Positions 11,527 through 22,481 of a stretch of 64,000 nt of DNA are shown one piece after another. The position numbers were made by a program, and so were the translations under genes. The stretch is taken from contig CAWJTV010000042.1 in NCBI GenBank assembly GCA_963845755.1, forward strand, positions 128,001-192,000. Reading direction: 5' to 3'. Position 1 is the stretch's first letter. Each line of letters begins with the position of its first letter. The notes under the pieces were generated by a model, which saw nothing but the letters and a program-made list of their open reading frames with translations, made no database searches and was not told the origin of the DNA. This DNA is from an uncultured Planctomycetota bacterium. GTDB taxonomy: Bacteria; Planctomycetota; Planctomycetia; Isosphaerales; Isosphaeraceae.

Positions 11527-12111
11527 ATGATAGCGCATGAGTTGCATCGAAGTGGGAGTTTCTGGTCGTTCCTTTTGTCGATTGACAAGGACCTGGCCGA
11601 TTCGGCTCGGCAGCAAGGATGCTCGTGCGGTGGTCGCCTCCACTGCGCCAACTACCCGCGTGCACCGCGCGGCGGGCCGGATCATCTGCCGGAGGAGCAT
11701 CGCTGCCGGTTCAGCTTCTGCTGCGATCGCGACGGCTGCAGGAAGAGGACGACACCGCCATCGGTCCGTTTTCTCGGCAGAAAGGTCTACCTTGGTGCCG
11801 TGGTGATCTTGATCAGCGCCATGCGGCAAGGTCCAACGCCGCGCCGGGTCCACGAGCTTGCGAGGCTGTTTGGTGTGGACCGGGCGACCGTCGCGCGATG
11901 GCAGGCCTTCTGGCGCGACTACATTCCGCAGACGCCTTTTTGGAAACTTGCACGAGGTCACGTCGTGCCAGTTGTGGAAAACGTCGTTTTGCCTCTGTCG
12001 CTGCTGGAAGCGTTCCATCGCACCAAAGATCCCTGCCAGGACTGGAGGCATCTCTTGCGATTTCTGTCGCCGCTTACGGTCCCGAGCAGTCCGCTGATCA
12101 AGATGACGTGA
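11527..12111 (+). mobile_element. Cys-rich/HTH accessory ORF (DUF6431-like) of a truncated Mu/IS481-type transposon
   Basis: GCSCGGRLHCANYPRAPRG...RFSFCCDRDGCRKRTTPPSVRFLGRKVY...FGVDRATVARW. This ORF type normally precedes a DDE transposase and an ExeA-like ATPase, neither of which follows here. An AT-richer end-like segment lies at ~11377-11470. Confidence 0.7.
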
Positions 12112-12823
12112 TGGTCAACGATCACCCGCAGAGGATGTATCGTCACCGCTTTCGATCAGCGGCGAGCATCGACTCAGGAGGAATTCTTATGCTGTCGAAG
12201 GACATGAAAAGAGCTTAGAAACGACCCGACTGGGTCGACCTGGTGCCCGCGGAACGGACCCTGCTGAAACGGCTCGTACCGAGGCGTTCGACCTTGCGCA
12301 GTGACCGGCGGTGGAAACAGAGCGGCCTCGGCAAGTCGTTCCCCGTTCCTCATAGAGTGTCAGGGAACGGAACACTCGTTCAATGCACCGCCCCATCCGC
12401 AGGATTCTGTCGGGGTGTATATGAACTGCCAAGTGAGGGCACGGCTGGTGCTTCGCAGAAACTGCTTCGGTGTCGTCGGACCGAAGCGCGCCAGCGTTGA
12501 TTTCGCTCCTCACAATCCGGACATTGGGGCGATCGAGCCAAGGAGCCGACGATTTCAGAACGCGTCTCGGTCTTGTCATAGCGCAGACGAGAACCGCTGC
12601 TCGACGGTGAGCGGCAGTCCAAGTACGTGGGCCTCCGGTAGGCTTCACTCCAGGTGCGACGAGTTGCGCCGCGGTGTCCAGTAGATTCGAGGTCGCCAGT
12701 TTCAAATCCATGCATGATATCGCTAGGTCCTCCGATGACCTGAGAGGGACCCTGGCGATCCGATTCCCGCTCTTCCGGTCCCGCTTTCCGACCGGCGCGC
12801 GGATAAAGGGTATGGGGACTCTC

Positions 12824-13461
12824 ATGGACAATACACCCGGTGATCCCACTGACCCGATCGAGAAGCTCCGCGGTGGCGACCGCCAGGCGCTGGGAATGCT
12901 CTTCGACCACTACCGCGAGCGGCTCCGGCGCATGGTGGAGCTGCGCCTCGACCCGCGGCTGCGAGCCCGATCGGACGCCTCGGATGTCGTCCAGGAGGCG
13001 TTCCTCGACGTCGCCGGCGACCTCGACGCCTACCTGACCGACCCGAAGCCCCCCCGCTGCTCTGGCTGCGTTTGCACGTCGGCTGGCGGCTGACCCGGTT
13101 GCATCGCCAGCACCTCGGTACGCGAATGCGGGATGCGGGGCAGGAGATCTCGCTCGACCAAGGCGTCCTGCCCCAGGCCAGCTCAGCCGCCCTGGCATCC
13201 ATGCTCCTAGCTCAGGTCACCTCGCCGACCCAGGCGGCCCAACGCGCCGAGCGGATGCTCCGCGTCCAGGAGGCGCTGAACAGCCTCGACCCCATTGACC
13301 GGGAGGTACTCGCGCTGAGACAGTTCGAGCATGTCAACCGTGACGAGGCGGCCCTGGTGCTCAGGATCAGTCAGGAGGCGGGTGCGAGGCGGTACTTCCG
13401 CGCCCTGAAGCGGCTCGAGGACGTACTGGCCACGACGCCCGGTGGCTCGGAGGGTTTCTGA
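12824..13461 (+). CDS. ECF-type sigma-70 factor, paralog of 590-1237; frameshift in a C run near 13050
   Basis: YRERLRRMVELRLDPRLRARSDASDVVQEAF...DREVLALRQFEHVNRDEAALVLRISQEAGARRYFRALKRL. Confidence 0.92.
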
Positions 13462-13463
13462 CG

Positions 13464-16400
13464 ATGCTCACGACGTCGGGTTCCCGCGACTATGGCCGAC
13501 TCGACGAGCTGGCCGAGGAGTTCGCCCAGCGGTATCGCCGGGGCGAGCAGCCCGGCCTGCAGGAGTACATCGACCGCCTGCCCGAGATGGCCGACGAGAT
13601 CCGCGAGCTGTTCCCGGCCTTAGTCGAGGTCGAACGGCTCGACGGCAGCGCGCGAGAGGACGCAGATCCGCACCTGCAGCCATCGCCTCCGCGCATCCGA
13701 CAGCTCGGCGACTATCGCGTCATTCGTGAGATCGGCCGGGGCGGGATGGGGGTGGTGTACGAAGCCGAGCAGGTCTCCCTGGGCCGGCATGTCGCCCTCA
13801 AGGTCTTGCCCGATCAGGCCTTGAAGGATGCGCAGCAGAAGCGGCGCTTCGAGCGTGAAGCGCGAGCCGCGGCCAAGCTGCATCATACGAACATCGTGCC
13901 CGTCTTCGGCGTCGGCGAGCACGATGGATCGCCGTACTACGTCATGCAGTACATTCAAGGTCTGGGCCTCGATGCGGTCATCGACGAGCTGAATCACGTC
14001 CGGCCGGGTGGTCTCAGACCAAGAACGCCAATGAAGCCCGTCTCACTCGCCGCAGTGCCACCGCGGCCCGGATGGCACGATCGCTGCTGACGGGTGCGTT
14101 CCTGCACGCGGATGACGCCGTCGAAGAGTCCACCGACGCCGCGAGGCTGGTTACAGAGGCGGCGCAGGGAGGGCGAGAAACGGGTCGTCCGAATGCCGCG
14201 AGCGTACCGCTGGCCGCCGGCTTTGATGTCGCAAACTCGCCGGACTCGGGCCATCTTTCGGATTCCTTCACCTCATCGGAATCGGCGCTATCACGCCTCG
14301 GGACGAGCAGTGCGGTCTCGGGGCGAAAGGCCGCGGGCAGAAAGCCGTCCTACTGGCAGTGTGTGGCCAGCATCGGCCGGCAAGTGGCCGACGCGCTGGG
14401 CTACGCCCATCAACAGGGAATCCTGCATCGCGACGTCAAGCCGTCGAATCTGCTCCTCGATCTGCGCGGCACCGTCTGGGTGACCGACTTCGGCCTGGCC
14501 AAGGTGGCCGGGCCCGGCGCGGACAACCTGACGCATACCGGCGACATCCTCGGCACGCTCCGCTACATGCCGCCCGAGGCGTTCGAGGGGAGGAGTGACG
14601 CCCGCAGCGACGTTTATTCGCTGGGATTGACCCTGTACGAACTGCTGGCGATGAGGCCGGCGTTCGACGAAAAAGAGCGGAACAAGCTCATCAAGCAGGT
14701 GACGTCCGGTGAGCCCATACCCCTCGACCGGGTGCGGCGGGAGATCCCGCGCGATCTCGTCACAATCGTGCAAAAGGCGATCGAGAAAGAACCCTCGCGA
14801 CGCTACGCCACGGCCGAGGAACTGGCCGCGGATCTTCAGCGATTCATCGATGATGAGCCGATCCTGGCGAGACGACAGACCGAGCTGGAGCGATGCGTTC
14901 GCTGGGCACGCCACAACCCCTGGATCACGGCGCTGGGAGCGATCCTGACGGCCGTCCTGGTACTGGTGACCATCGCCTCATTGATCGTCGCGGGACGCAT
15001 GGCGCAGTCGGCCGCGGATGAACGACTGGCTCGTCTACAGGCCGTCGAGGCGAAGAAGACCGCCGAGAGCAGCTTCGCCAAGGCGCGCAAGGCCGAGATG
15101 GAAGCGACCGCGCAACGGAACCGGGCCGACCACGAGGCCGAAGCCGCACGGCAAAACCTCTACGAGGCGCAGATGCTCCGGGCCCCGCTACTCTGGCGGG
15201 GCGGACACCAAAGTTTACTCCACCTGCGTGAACTTCTCGACACCTGGCTTCCCCAAGGCGAGTCGCTCGACCGCCGGGGCTGGGAGTGGTTCTACTTGAA
15301 CTCACTGCCCTACCAGAACCAGCGAACCTTGACGGAGAGCGGGAAAAGCCCCAGGGCATCCACAGTGGCATGGCACGTTGCGAGCAAGCGACTCGCCGAA
15401 GGCACATCCGATGGCCTGATCCGGATCTGGGACGTCGATCGAGAACAAACGACCCTGATCCTGAGAGCCCCCGCGCCCGGGCTCGCATACTGGGGGGGCA
15501 GGTGGCTCGCGTGGAGCCCGGACGGCCGTAAGTTGGCGGCAGGTGGTCACAACGGGACGGTTCATCTCTGGGACACGGGCTCCGGAAGAGAACTCGCCGT
15601 CCTCTCCGGGCGAGACTCCTGGGCGCTTCCGTGGCCTTCAGCTCCGACGGCACGCGCGTGGCGGCCTGGGGACAGTGCCGGCACAATCAGCATCTGGGAC
15701 GCCAACACAGGCCGCACGATCGCGAACGTGGTCCATCCGGGAGGAGTTGGCGCAGGCGCCTGGAGCCCGGACGATCAACTCCTCGCCACCGGGCACTTCG
15801 ACGGGACGGTGACCATCTCCGGCATTCAGGCCGGCGACCAGATCGTGACTCTGCGGGGGACCTTCGCCTCGATCACCGATATGGCATGGAGCCCCGACGG
15901 CATCCGTCTCGCCGCGGCGAGTAGTTATGATTTCAGCATCAGGATCTGGGAGGTCGCGTCGAAACGGATGGTCCTCGGCCCGCTCGTGCACAGCCACGAG
16001 GCCCAGTCAGTCGCGTGGGAGCCGAATGGGCAGAGACTGGCGAGCGGCAGCATCGACGAAACGATCGAGATCTGGGACGCGACCACGGGCCGAGAGTCCA
16101 TCGCTCTGCGTGGGAATGCCCGGACCATCACTTCGCTCGCATGGGGCCCGGAGGGTGTGTTGGCCTCGGGCAGCGACGACGGCAACGTGAGGGTCTGGAG
16201 CCCGATCCACGATCAGGAGTCGAGCGTGTTGCCGGGCCACGTCGGGAGGGCTCATTCGGTGTCCTGGAGCCCGGAAGGAAGGAGGCTGGCGTCCGGCGGA
16301 GACGACGGCAAGGTCCGCATCTGGGACCCGCACACCCGCAAAGAGGTCCTGACTCTCGAGGCCCATGATCAAGGCCGAATCCACGGTCAGTTCGGGCTGA

Positions 16401-18122
16401 TTCGCTCGCTCGCCTGGAGCCCGGACGGAAAGCGGCTCGCGTCGGCGGGACTCGACGGCACTCTCAAGGTCTGGGAGATCGCCGATGGTGGCAGGATCGT
16501 CGCCCGGTTCACGGACGGCGGGCCGGTCTGGGCCGTGGCGTGGAGCCCGAACGGGACCCGTCTGGCCGCGGGCTACGATGATGGGACGATTCGCCTGGTC
16601 GAAGGGCTCGGCCGGATTCCGAAGGTCCATTCTTTCCAGACCCGGAATGGGCGCGTCCGTACGCTGGCCTGGAGCCCCCACGGGGAGCGCCTCGCTTCAG
16701 GGGCGCCAAGCGGGATCGTGAGCATCTGGGATCCGATCGGGGAGGCCGAGCTCGTCCGCATGCGGGCTGACCAGAGCATAGTCATGAGGGTGGCCTGGAG
16801 CCCGGACGGCAAACGCCTGGCATCCTGCGGAGCCAATCTCCTCGTCATCACGTGGGATGCGGCGACAGGTCGGAAACTCGTGACCATGCACGATCATCAT
16901 AGCTGGGTGGACGCCGTCGCCTGGAGCCCGGACGGGACTCGGCTGGCATCGGCAGGGCTGGATAACTCGGTGAGGATCTCGGACCCGCAGACCGGCCGCG
17001 AGACCTGCGTGCTCCGGGGCCACTCCGGGATGTTCCACGACGTCTCGTGGCACCTCGACGGGGCGCGGTTGGCCGCGGCGAGCAGCGACGGTCAGATCTG
17101 GATCTGGGACGCGACGCGCGGATACGAGCGGGATCGGACACCGCGGGCCTTGCCCTACATCGACCGAGCGATCGCCTCGGGGGCCGCTCGCGGCGAGGAC
17201 CTCCGCTGGTTCGCGGAGTCCTACCTCCAGCTCGGGAAGCCCCGGGAAGCCCTGGCACTCGTGAAGGACGATCCTTCAGCCTTGCGCACGATGGCCCCGC
17301 GTCTAGTCGCCGCGTATCACGACATCGGCGACCAGCGGGCGAGCGACGAAGTGGTGAAGCGATACCCGGAAGCGGCGGCCGCCATCGGTGATCGATACGC
17401 GGCCGAAAAGGATTGGGACCGGGCGATTGCCGAGTATAGCAAAGTCATCACCGATCGGACGGCCGACGGCAACGTGCTGGTCAAGCGCGCCGTGGCGTAC
17501 GAGGCGACCGGGCAACGGGATCTGGCCGCGGCGGACTGGCAGCGGGCAGCCCGTTCGACACGCTGATCTGGCACCTGACCTGGCCCCGGCGGTCTTCGTG
17601 CGAGCGCGCTCGCTCATGGCCGCGGGCGTCAACGCGTTCGAGAGCGGGCGGCGGGCCGAGGCGATCCGCGAGCTGAGGCAGGCTCGCGACCTGTTGCGGG
17701 TCCTCACTCAGGCCGCCCCCGAAGATGGCGGGCTGGCCAGGCAACTGGCGATCAGCCTGGGATTCCTCGGCAGCGCCTTGAGAGACGAGAATCGTCCTTC
17801 GGAGGCCCTCGAGGCCATCCAGGACGCCCGCCAGGTACTGGAGGCCATCCGCCGGCCGACTTCGTTGGACCTTTACAACCTCGCCTGTGCTTACGCCAAT
17901 CTCAGCACGCTCGGCGAACTCGGTACGACTCCGTCGACCTCCGCCGAGCGCGAGGCCCTGGCCGATCAAGCGATGGACGCTCTCCGGCGTTCGATCGGCG
18001 CCGGCATGACCGATCTCAACGTGATGGATGGCGACCACGATCTCGACCCGCTCCGCGACCGCCCGGACTTCCGCTCCTTGATGCTCGATCGGGGCTTTCC
18101 GTCCGACCCCTTCGCCAGGTAG
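13464..18122 (+). CDS. Serine/threonine kinase with a hydrophobic (TM-like) segment, WD40 propellers and C-terminal TPR-like repeats; frameshifts near 14080, 15620-15675 and 17560
   Basis: IGRGGMGVVY, VALKV, HRDVKPSN, DFGLAK and GTLRYMPPE kinase motifs; many AWSPDG..LAS WD40 repeats; C-terminal LYNLACAYA...DHDLDPLRDRPDF...FPSDPFAR. Confidence 0.92.
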
Positions 18123-18327
18123 CCTCTCGCGAAGGCCCGTCGTCGTGGCCTGCACGTCGTAGCCGGCTCCAGTTCGTCCTCCGCTGACGCGTGTCGGCGA
18201 GCCCGCCGGTTACGGCGGGGATTCGATGCTTTTCGGTACTGCTTCTCCACCGGCGCGCGGATAATACGAATCAACATCGCCGAGCGCATCTACCGCGTCA
18301 CGGGGGCAGGGAATCTACCGCGATACC

Positions 18328-18750
18328 GTGCTCCTGGGCCGCAAGTCGCCGATCGCGCAATCGCTGCTCAACGCCGAGGTTACAGGCCGGATCGCCTCGG
18401 TTCCCAGGGGAAACGTGAGTCGGTTCTTGGGCATGTTCGACGCGACCACGGGCCGGTTGCAGTACAACCAGGGCCCGTTCGGTCAGCACTTCGTCGGCCT
18501 GGCCTTCACCCCCGACGGCAAGCGGGTGGCCAACACCGGCTGCGAGAACGTCCTGAGCCTCTTGAACGCGGCGACCGGAGAGGTCGTCCTGAGCCTGCCA
18601 CGGTCGATGTGCGGCCAGGAGCCGGGCTTCACGGCTTCGGGTCGACTGCTCGGGTGGTCCGAGCCCGACGGCTTCCACTTCGTCGACCTCCGCCCGAAAC
18701 CCAACGCCGACCCGAAGTCGCCCGCCTCCGACCGCCGTTCGCCTCCCTGA
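18328..18750 (+). pseudogene. WD40-repeat protein C-terminal fragment
   Basis: VGLAFTPDGKRVANTGCENVLSLLNAATGE; no convincing start. Confidence 0.55.
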
Positions 18751-19229
18751 CAGTGAAGTGCTGGGTGTGGCCCGTCTACCAGCTAAGTTGTGCGCTTCGG
18801 TGTGATCGACCGACGCATCCGCGGAGTCAGTTCGGGGCTCGATGCGCTCTGACCTTTGTCGCCAGCGACTCGTGAACGTTACGTGGCACGGTGCAGGTCG
18901 TGTCCACATCGCGAGCCGCGCGGAGATACTTTGAGCATGGCGAGGCTTCGCGAGCGGGGTCGCTGAGGCTCGACACAGAATGATGTGCCATGATCAACTA
19001 GGGTCTGAGCGAGATCATCGGTCCGTTCCCGGTTCCGTCACCGAGAGATAAGCGGGAACGGAACGACGATCCGGGACAGTAGAGAAGAGGCCACCGGTAC
19101 TCAGTACATCCATCCAATCGCACGATTCCCATCGATTATCGTGATCGGAGGTCAGTCAATTATCTTGACCACTCTCAGCTTTCTGCGGTTCGACGCCAGG
19201 CGGCGTGACCCGTCACGCCGCCTCGTCTT

Positions 19230-19560
19230 GGGAGGTCAATCCTCGTTCCACGGACAGATCCCGGCCCAGGAGCTGAGGTGGGTCTCATCCGGGAACACCG
19301 ACATGTCCACGCCGATCTCGGCCACCACGTTCTCGATCGTCGTGCGGTTCACGCCACCGATGGAATCCAACCGCTTCAGCCGCTGACACCAACTTGACAC
19401 CCAGGAAACGGAGATGGCTCATGTGGGGGATTTGGTGGTGGACTGTTCTGTCGTGGCGGGTGACAGGGGGTGCAGACGCCCGAAGGCCTTGAAAGATCAG
19501 GAGTTCGGCCCACGTCTCGGCATTGGCTCGTCTGGTCTCCCACCGAATTCCCCCCACGAG
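19230..19560 (-). pseudogene. Degraded IS110-family transposase fragment
   Basis: My translation LKRLDSIGGVNRTTIENVVAEIGVDMSVFPDETHLSSWAGICP matches the IS110 C-terminal domain consensus; upstream VTRHDR...HMSHLRFL is degenerate and frameshifted. Confidence 0.8.
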
Positions 19561-19677
19561 CCAACGAAGATTATGGGCGGGCCGCCCGCAGACAGGTGCA
19601 GACCCTCACGGATGGCAGGGGCGTTCCAGCGGGCCGTCCCCAATCGAAGGGGTCGTCGAACTTGCCGGATCACTGAA

Positions 19678-19802
19678 AACAGTCCACCACGCAAATTTTT
19701 TTGACAAGATTTTTATCTCCCAACCCTATAAGGGGTTGCGTCGAGAAACCAGGTCAAATCCCCCATAGGTGCATTAACCGAATTCGAAAGCTCCGGCATA
19801 CT
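19678..19802 (+). repeat. AT-rich ~125-bp dispersed element, homologous to the reverse complement of 55979-56102
   Basis: Colinear shared blocks TCCACC, AAATTTT, TTTTATCTCC, TCGAnAAnCC, GCnTT and AAAGnTnCGGCATnCT. Confidence 0.65.
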
Positions 19803-20348
19803 AAAGACAGTGGGATTACGTGTGCCCGAGCGGTCTGGTTTCGCTCGGCCCGGCGTCCCCGGTCCAGTGTAGGCCCCCTCCTATCGTCACCGATCACAGT
19901 TCTGACTCCGGACGATCAAGCTACAAGTCGAGAACCAAGCACACGGCGGGGGGGAACCCGCCAAAAGGTGGCCAATCCGCGCCATTCACGGCCGCCGGTT
20001 TTACAACTGAAGTCCAACCAAGAAAAGACGTTACGTCAAGCCGCGGTCCGGTACCACTGTGCCAATTTCCGGGTTCGGCTCCGCTGCGCGGGGAAGGGAC
20101 CGCTTTCGTTCGAGCCGTTGTCCTCGCCGCGGGGCAGGCCGTGGTCCAAGAGTCCGGCGACTCGTTTGAGTGCGCCAAACACGGGCACGCCCTCCTCGCC
20201 GCACCTGAGAAACCCGCTACAGGAAACTTCGAGAACAGAAGAGCGCCCAGCGTCTCATTGAGTTCGCACATCCATGGTATCACTACCAACGCGACAATCT
20301 GGATGTACGTGATCACTAATCCATTCTTGATGCCTTGGAGTTCTGAAG

Positions 20349-20541
20349 AACGAAGCCATGAAGTTGTGAGTTGCTGGAGCCCCCAAACTCACCAAACGAA
20401 CTCAGGAACTCGGGCAGCCGGCCTTCGGAGTCGCAAAACGAACCCAGGCAAGCGTCCTGCGGGAGCCAGAGTCCGCAAAACGAACCCAAGTCCCCGCACA
20501 GACTTTGTGACCGGCAAATCTCATATAATCAATAGATATCA
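20349..20541 (+). repeat. Short periodic AACGAA(C/G)(C/T)CA array followed by an AT-rich 28-bp site
   Basis: Copies at 20349, 20395, 20437 and 20479 (spacing 46, 42, 42). The last two share CGCAAAACGAACCCA with different spacers. GCAAATCTCATATAATCAATAGATATCA at 20514-20541. Confidence 0.7.
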
Positions 20542-20832
20542 TCTGAACTTCCAAAAACCTCTCGTCGTTGCGACCCGTAAATCCATCTCGACCCTTGCAG
20601 AATACCGAACCCGGCAACTGGAAGCTCATTACGAAACTGCCGGTCGGAGGAGGCCGATTCGACCGGCTCGCCGACGAGGATCGAGGGATAGCATTCCCGC
20701 ACCATCCGCAGCCGACGTTCTATAAGGGACGTCGGTAGGGAGTGGCCATGACCCATCCTTCGTAAGAGAATCCTTGTCGGCCGGGTTTCCTGGCCATCGG
20801 GTCACTGAGTTTGGCAATCAGGGTTCGAGCGA

Positions 20833-22476
20833 ATGAGGAGATCGACCGTGAGAAGCCTGGTACGATTCTGCCTTGTGGCTGCGGGAATGACTGGCGTCGT
20901 TCTCCTGAGTGCCTCGGCGGGCGAGCAAACCCCGGCCGTCGTTGGATCCGCCGACGCGTCACGCGGTTGCAGCCTCGTAGCACCGCCGCCGGTCACCGCG
21001 CCGCCCGAGTCGGCATTCGCGAAGTTCCGGGACAGCGACCGTGAGGTCGCACGCCGGTTCTACAAGAAGTCCATCAATGTCAAAGGGATGCCCGTCATGG
21101 CCTCGGCCGAGGTTGCCGATGAGGCCCTCCGGCGCACCTATGACATCGTCACTCACCTGCTGGCCGGCCGGCCCGACATCTTGGAAGCCATGGTGAAGCA
21201 CGGCACGCGCCTGATCATCATCGGCAAGGACCAGGTTTATACCGAAATGCCCGAGTACCGGAACCACCCGAACCCTCAGTATCAGAACGAACGGGTGCGG
21301 GGCACCGGCGGGCTGTCGGTCACCAGCTTCGGAGAGGAGAACCTGCTCAACCTGGCTGGCGATCGCTATGACGACGAAAGCATCGGCGTTCATGAGTTCT
21401 GCCATACGATCGATGCCGCGATCGGCCGAATCGATCCAACCTGGCGACGGCGCCTGGGCCAGACTCACCGTGGTGCCATCGACAACAGGTTGTGGAAGAA
21501 TGCTTACTCCGCCTCTAATCCGGCCGAGTACTGGGCGGAGATCTGTCAGTCTTACTTCAACTGCAACCGGATCAATAACTGGAACCACAACAGCATCGCC
21601 ACCCGCGAGCAGCTCAAGCAGTACGACCCGGAGGGTTACGAGCTGGTCCGCACCACGTTCAAACTGACCCCGGAACAAGACTGGACACTCCCGGTGCTCC
21701 GTCGGCAGCCGAGCGTGGTTCCTCCGCCGGCCCGGTTCAAGATCCATCCGTACTACACCAAGTTCACCTATGCGCGCGAGTTCCCGGTTCTGGGGTCGAA
21801 GAACGTCAGCGATGCGGCACTGCTCAAGGCCAATGACACAATCCGGAAAATGGTTGCCTACCGGCACGACATCCTCAAGGCGTTGATCGCGGACGGCGTG
21901 CGCCTGGTGGTCCTGGGCCGGGACGAGTCGCTGAGCGACCTGCCGGAGTTTGCGGAATCGAAGAACACCGCGGCCTTCGACAGCGTCCGTTACCTCGACT
22001 ACACGCCCTCACTCAAGCTGATGGTCGTCCCCGAGGAGAACGTCCTGGGACTCGAAGACGATCGCTTTGCCGGCAAATGCATGGTGGTGAATGAGTTCGC
22101 CCGGGCGCTCTACCGCGTGACGGGTCTCCGGCCCGTGGATCCCAACTTTGAAAAGCGGCGTCCGAAGCAGCAATACGAACTGAGGGTGAAGCGTCTGGAT
22201 GTCGAGTTCGATCACACACTTCAGAGAATCCATGAGGAGTCGAAGAGCAAGGGCCTCTGGAAGGGGGTGCCCGCGGCTCGCGACCGCGACGCGTACTGGG
22301 TGGCGGGCGTAGAAGCGTACTTCGACGCCGCGGGCGCCGCCGGCCCTGCACCCCAAGGCGCCGACCGGCCCATAACCACGCGAGAGGCCCTCAAAGCCTA
22401 CGATCCGGCGTTGTACGCACTGGTCGATGAGACGATGGCCTACAAGGAGCATGAGGATTGGCGGTTCCGACGGTGA
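20833..22476 (+). CDS. Secreted zinc metallopeptidase with two tandem anthrax-lethal-factor (ATLF)-like domains
   Basis: Signal peptide. Domain 1 has VHEFCH...AEYWAE...LKQYDPEGY; domain 2 has VNEFAR...AYWVAG...LKAYDPALY. Confidence 0.75.
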   Translation: MRRSTVRSLVRFCLVAAGMTGVVLLSASAGEQTPAVVGSADASRGCSLVAPPPVTAPPESAFAKFRDSDREVARRFYKKSINVKGMPVMASAEVADEALRRTYDIVTHLLAGRPDILEAMVKHGTRLIIIGKDQVYTEMPEYRNHPNPQYQNERVRGTGGLSVTSFGEENLLNLAGDRYDDESIGVHEFCHTIDAAIGRIDPTWRRRLGQTHRGAIDNRLWKNAYSASNPAEYWAEICQSYFNCNRINNWNHNSIATREQLKQYDPEGYELVRTTFKLTPEQDWTLPVLRRQPSVVPPPARFKIHPYYTKFTYAREFPVLGSKNVSDAALLKANDTIRKMVAYRHDILKALIADGVRLVVLGRDESLSDLPEFAESKNTAAFDSVRYLDYTPSLKLMVVPEENVLGLEDDRFAGKCMVVNEFARALYRVTGLRPVDPNFEKRRPKQQYELRVKRLDVEFDHTLQRIHEESKSKGLWKGVPAARDRDAYWVAGVEAYFDAAGAAGPAPQGADRPITTREALKAYDPALYALVDETMAYKEHEDWRFRR

Positions 22477-22481
22477 AGCCT

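Noticed and set aside
12187..12790. ORFs between the transposon remnant and the second ECF gene
   Set aside because: No recognisable motif or consistent codon bias in any frame.
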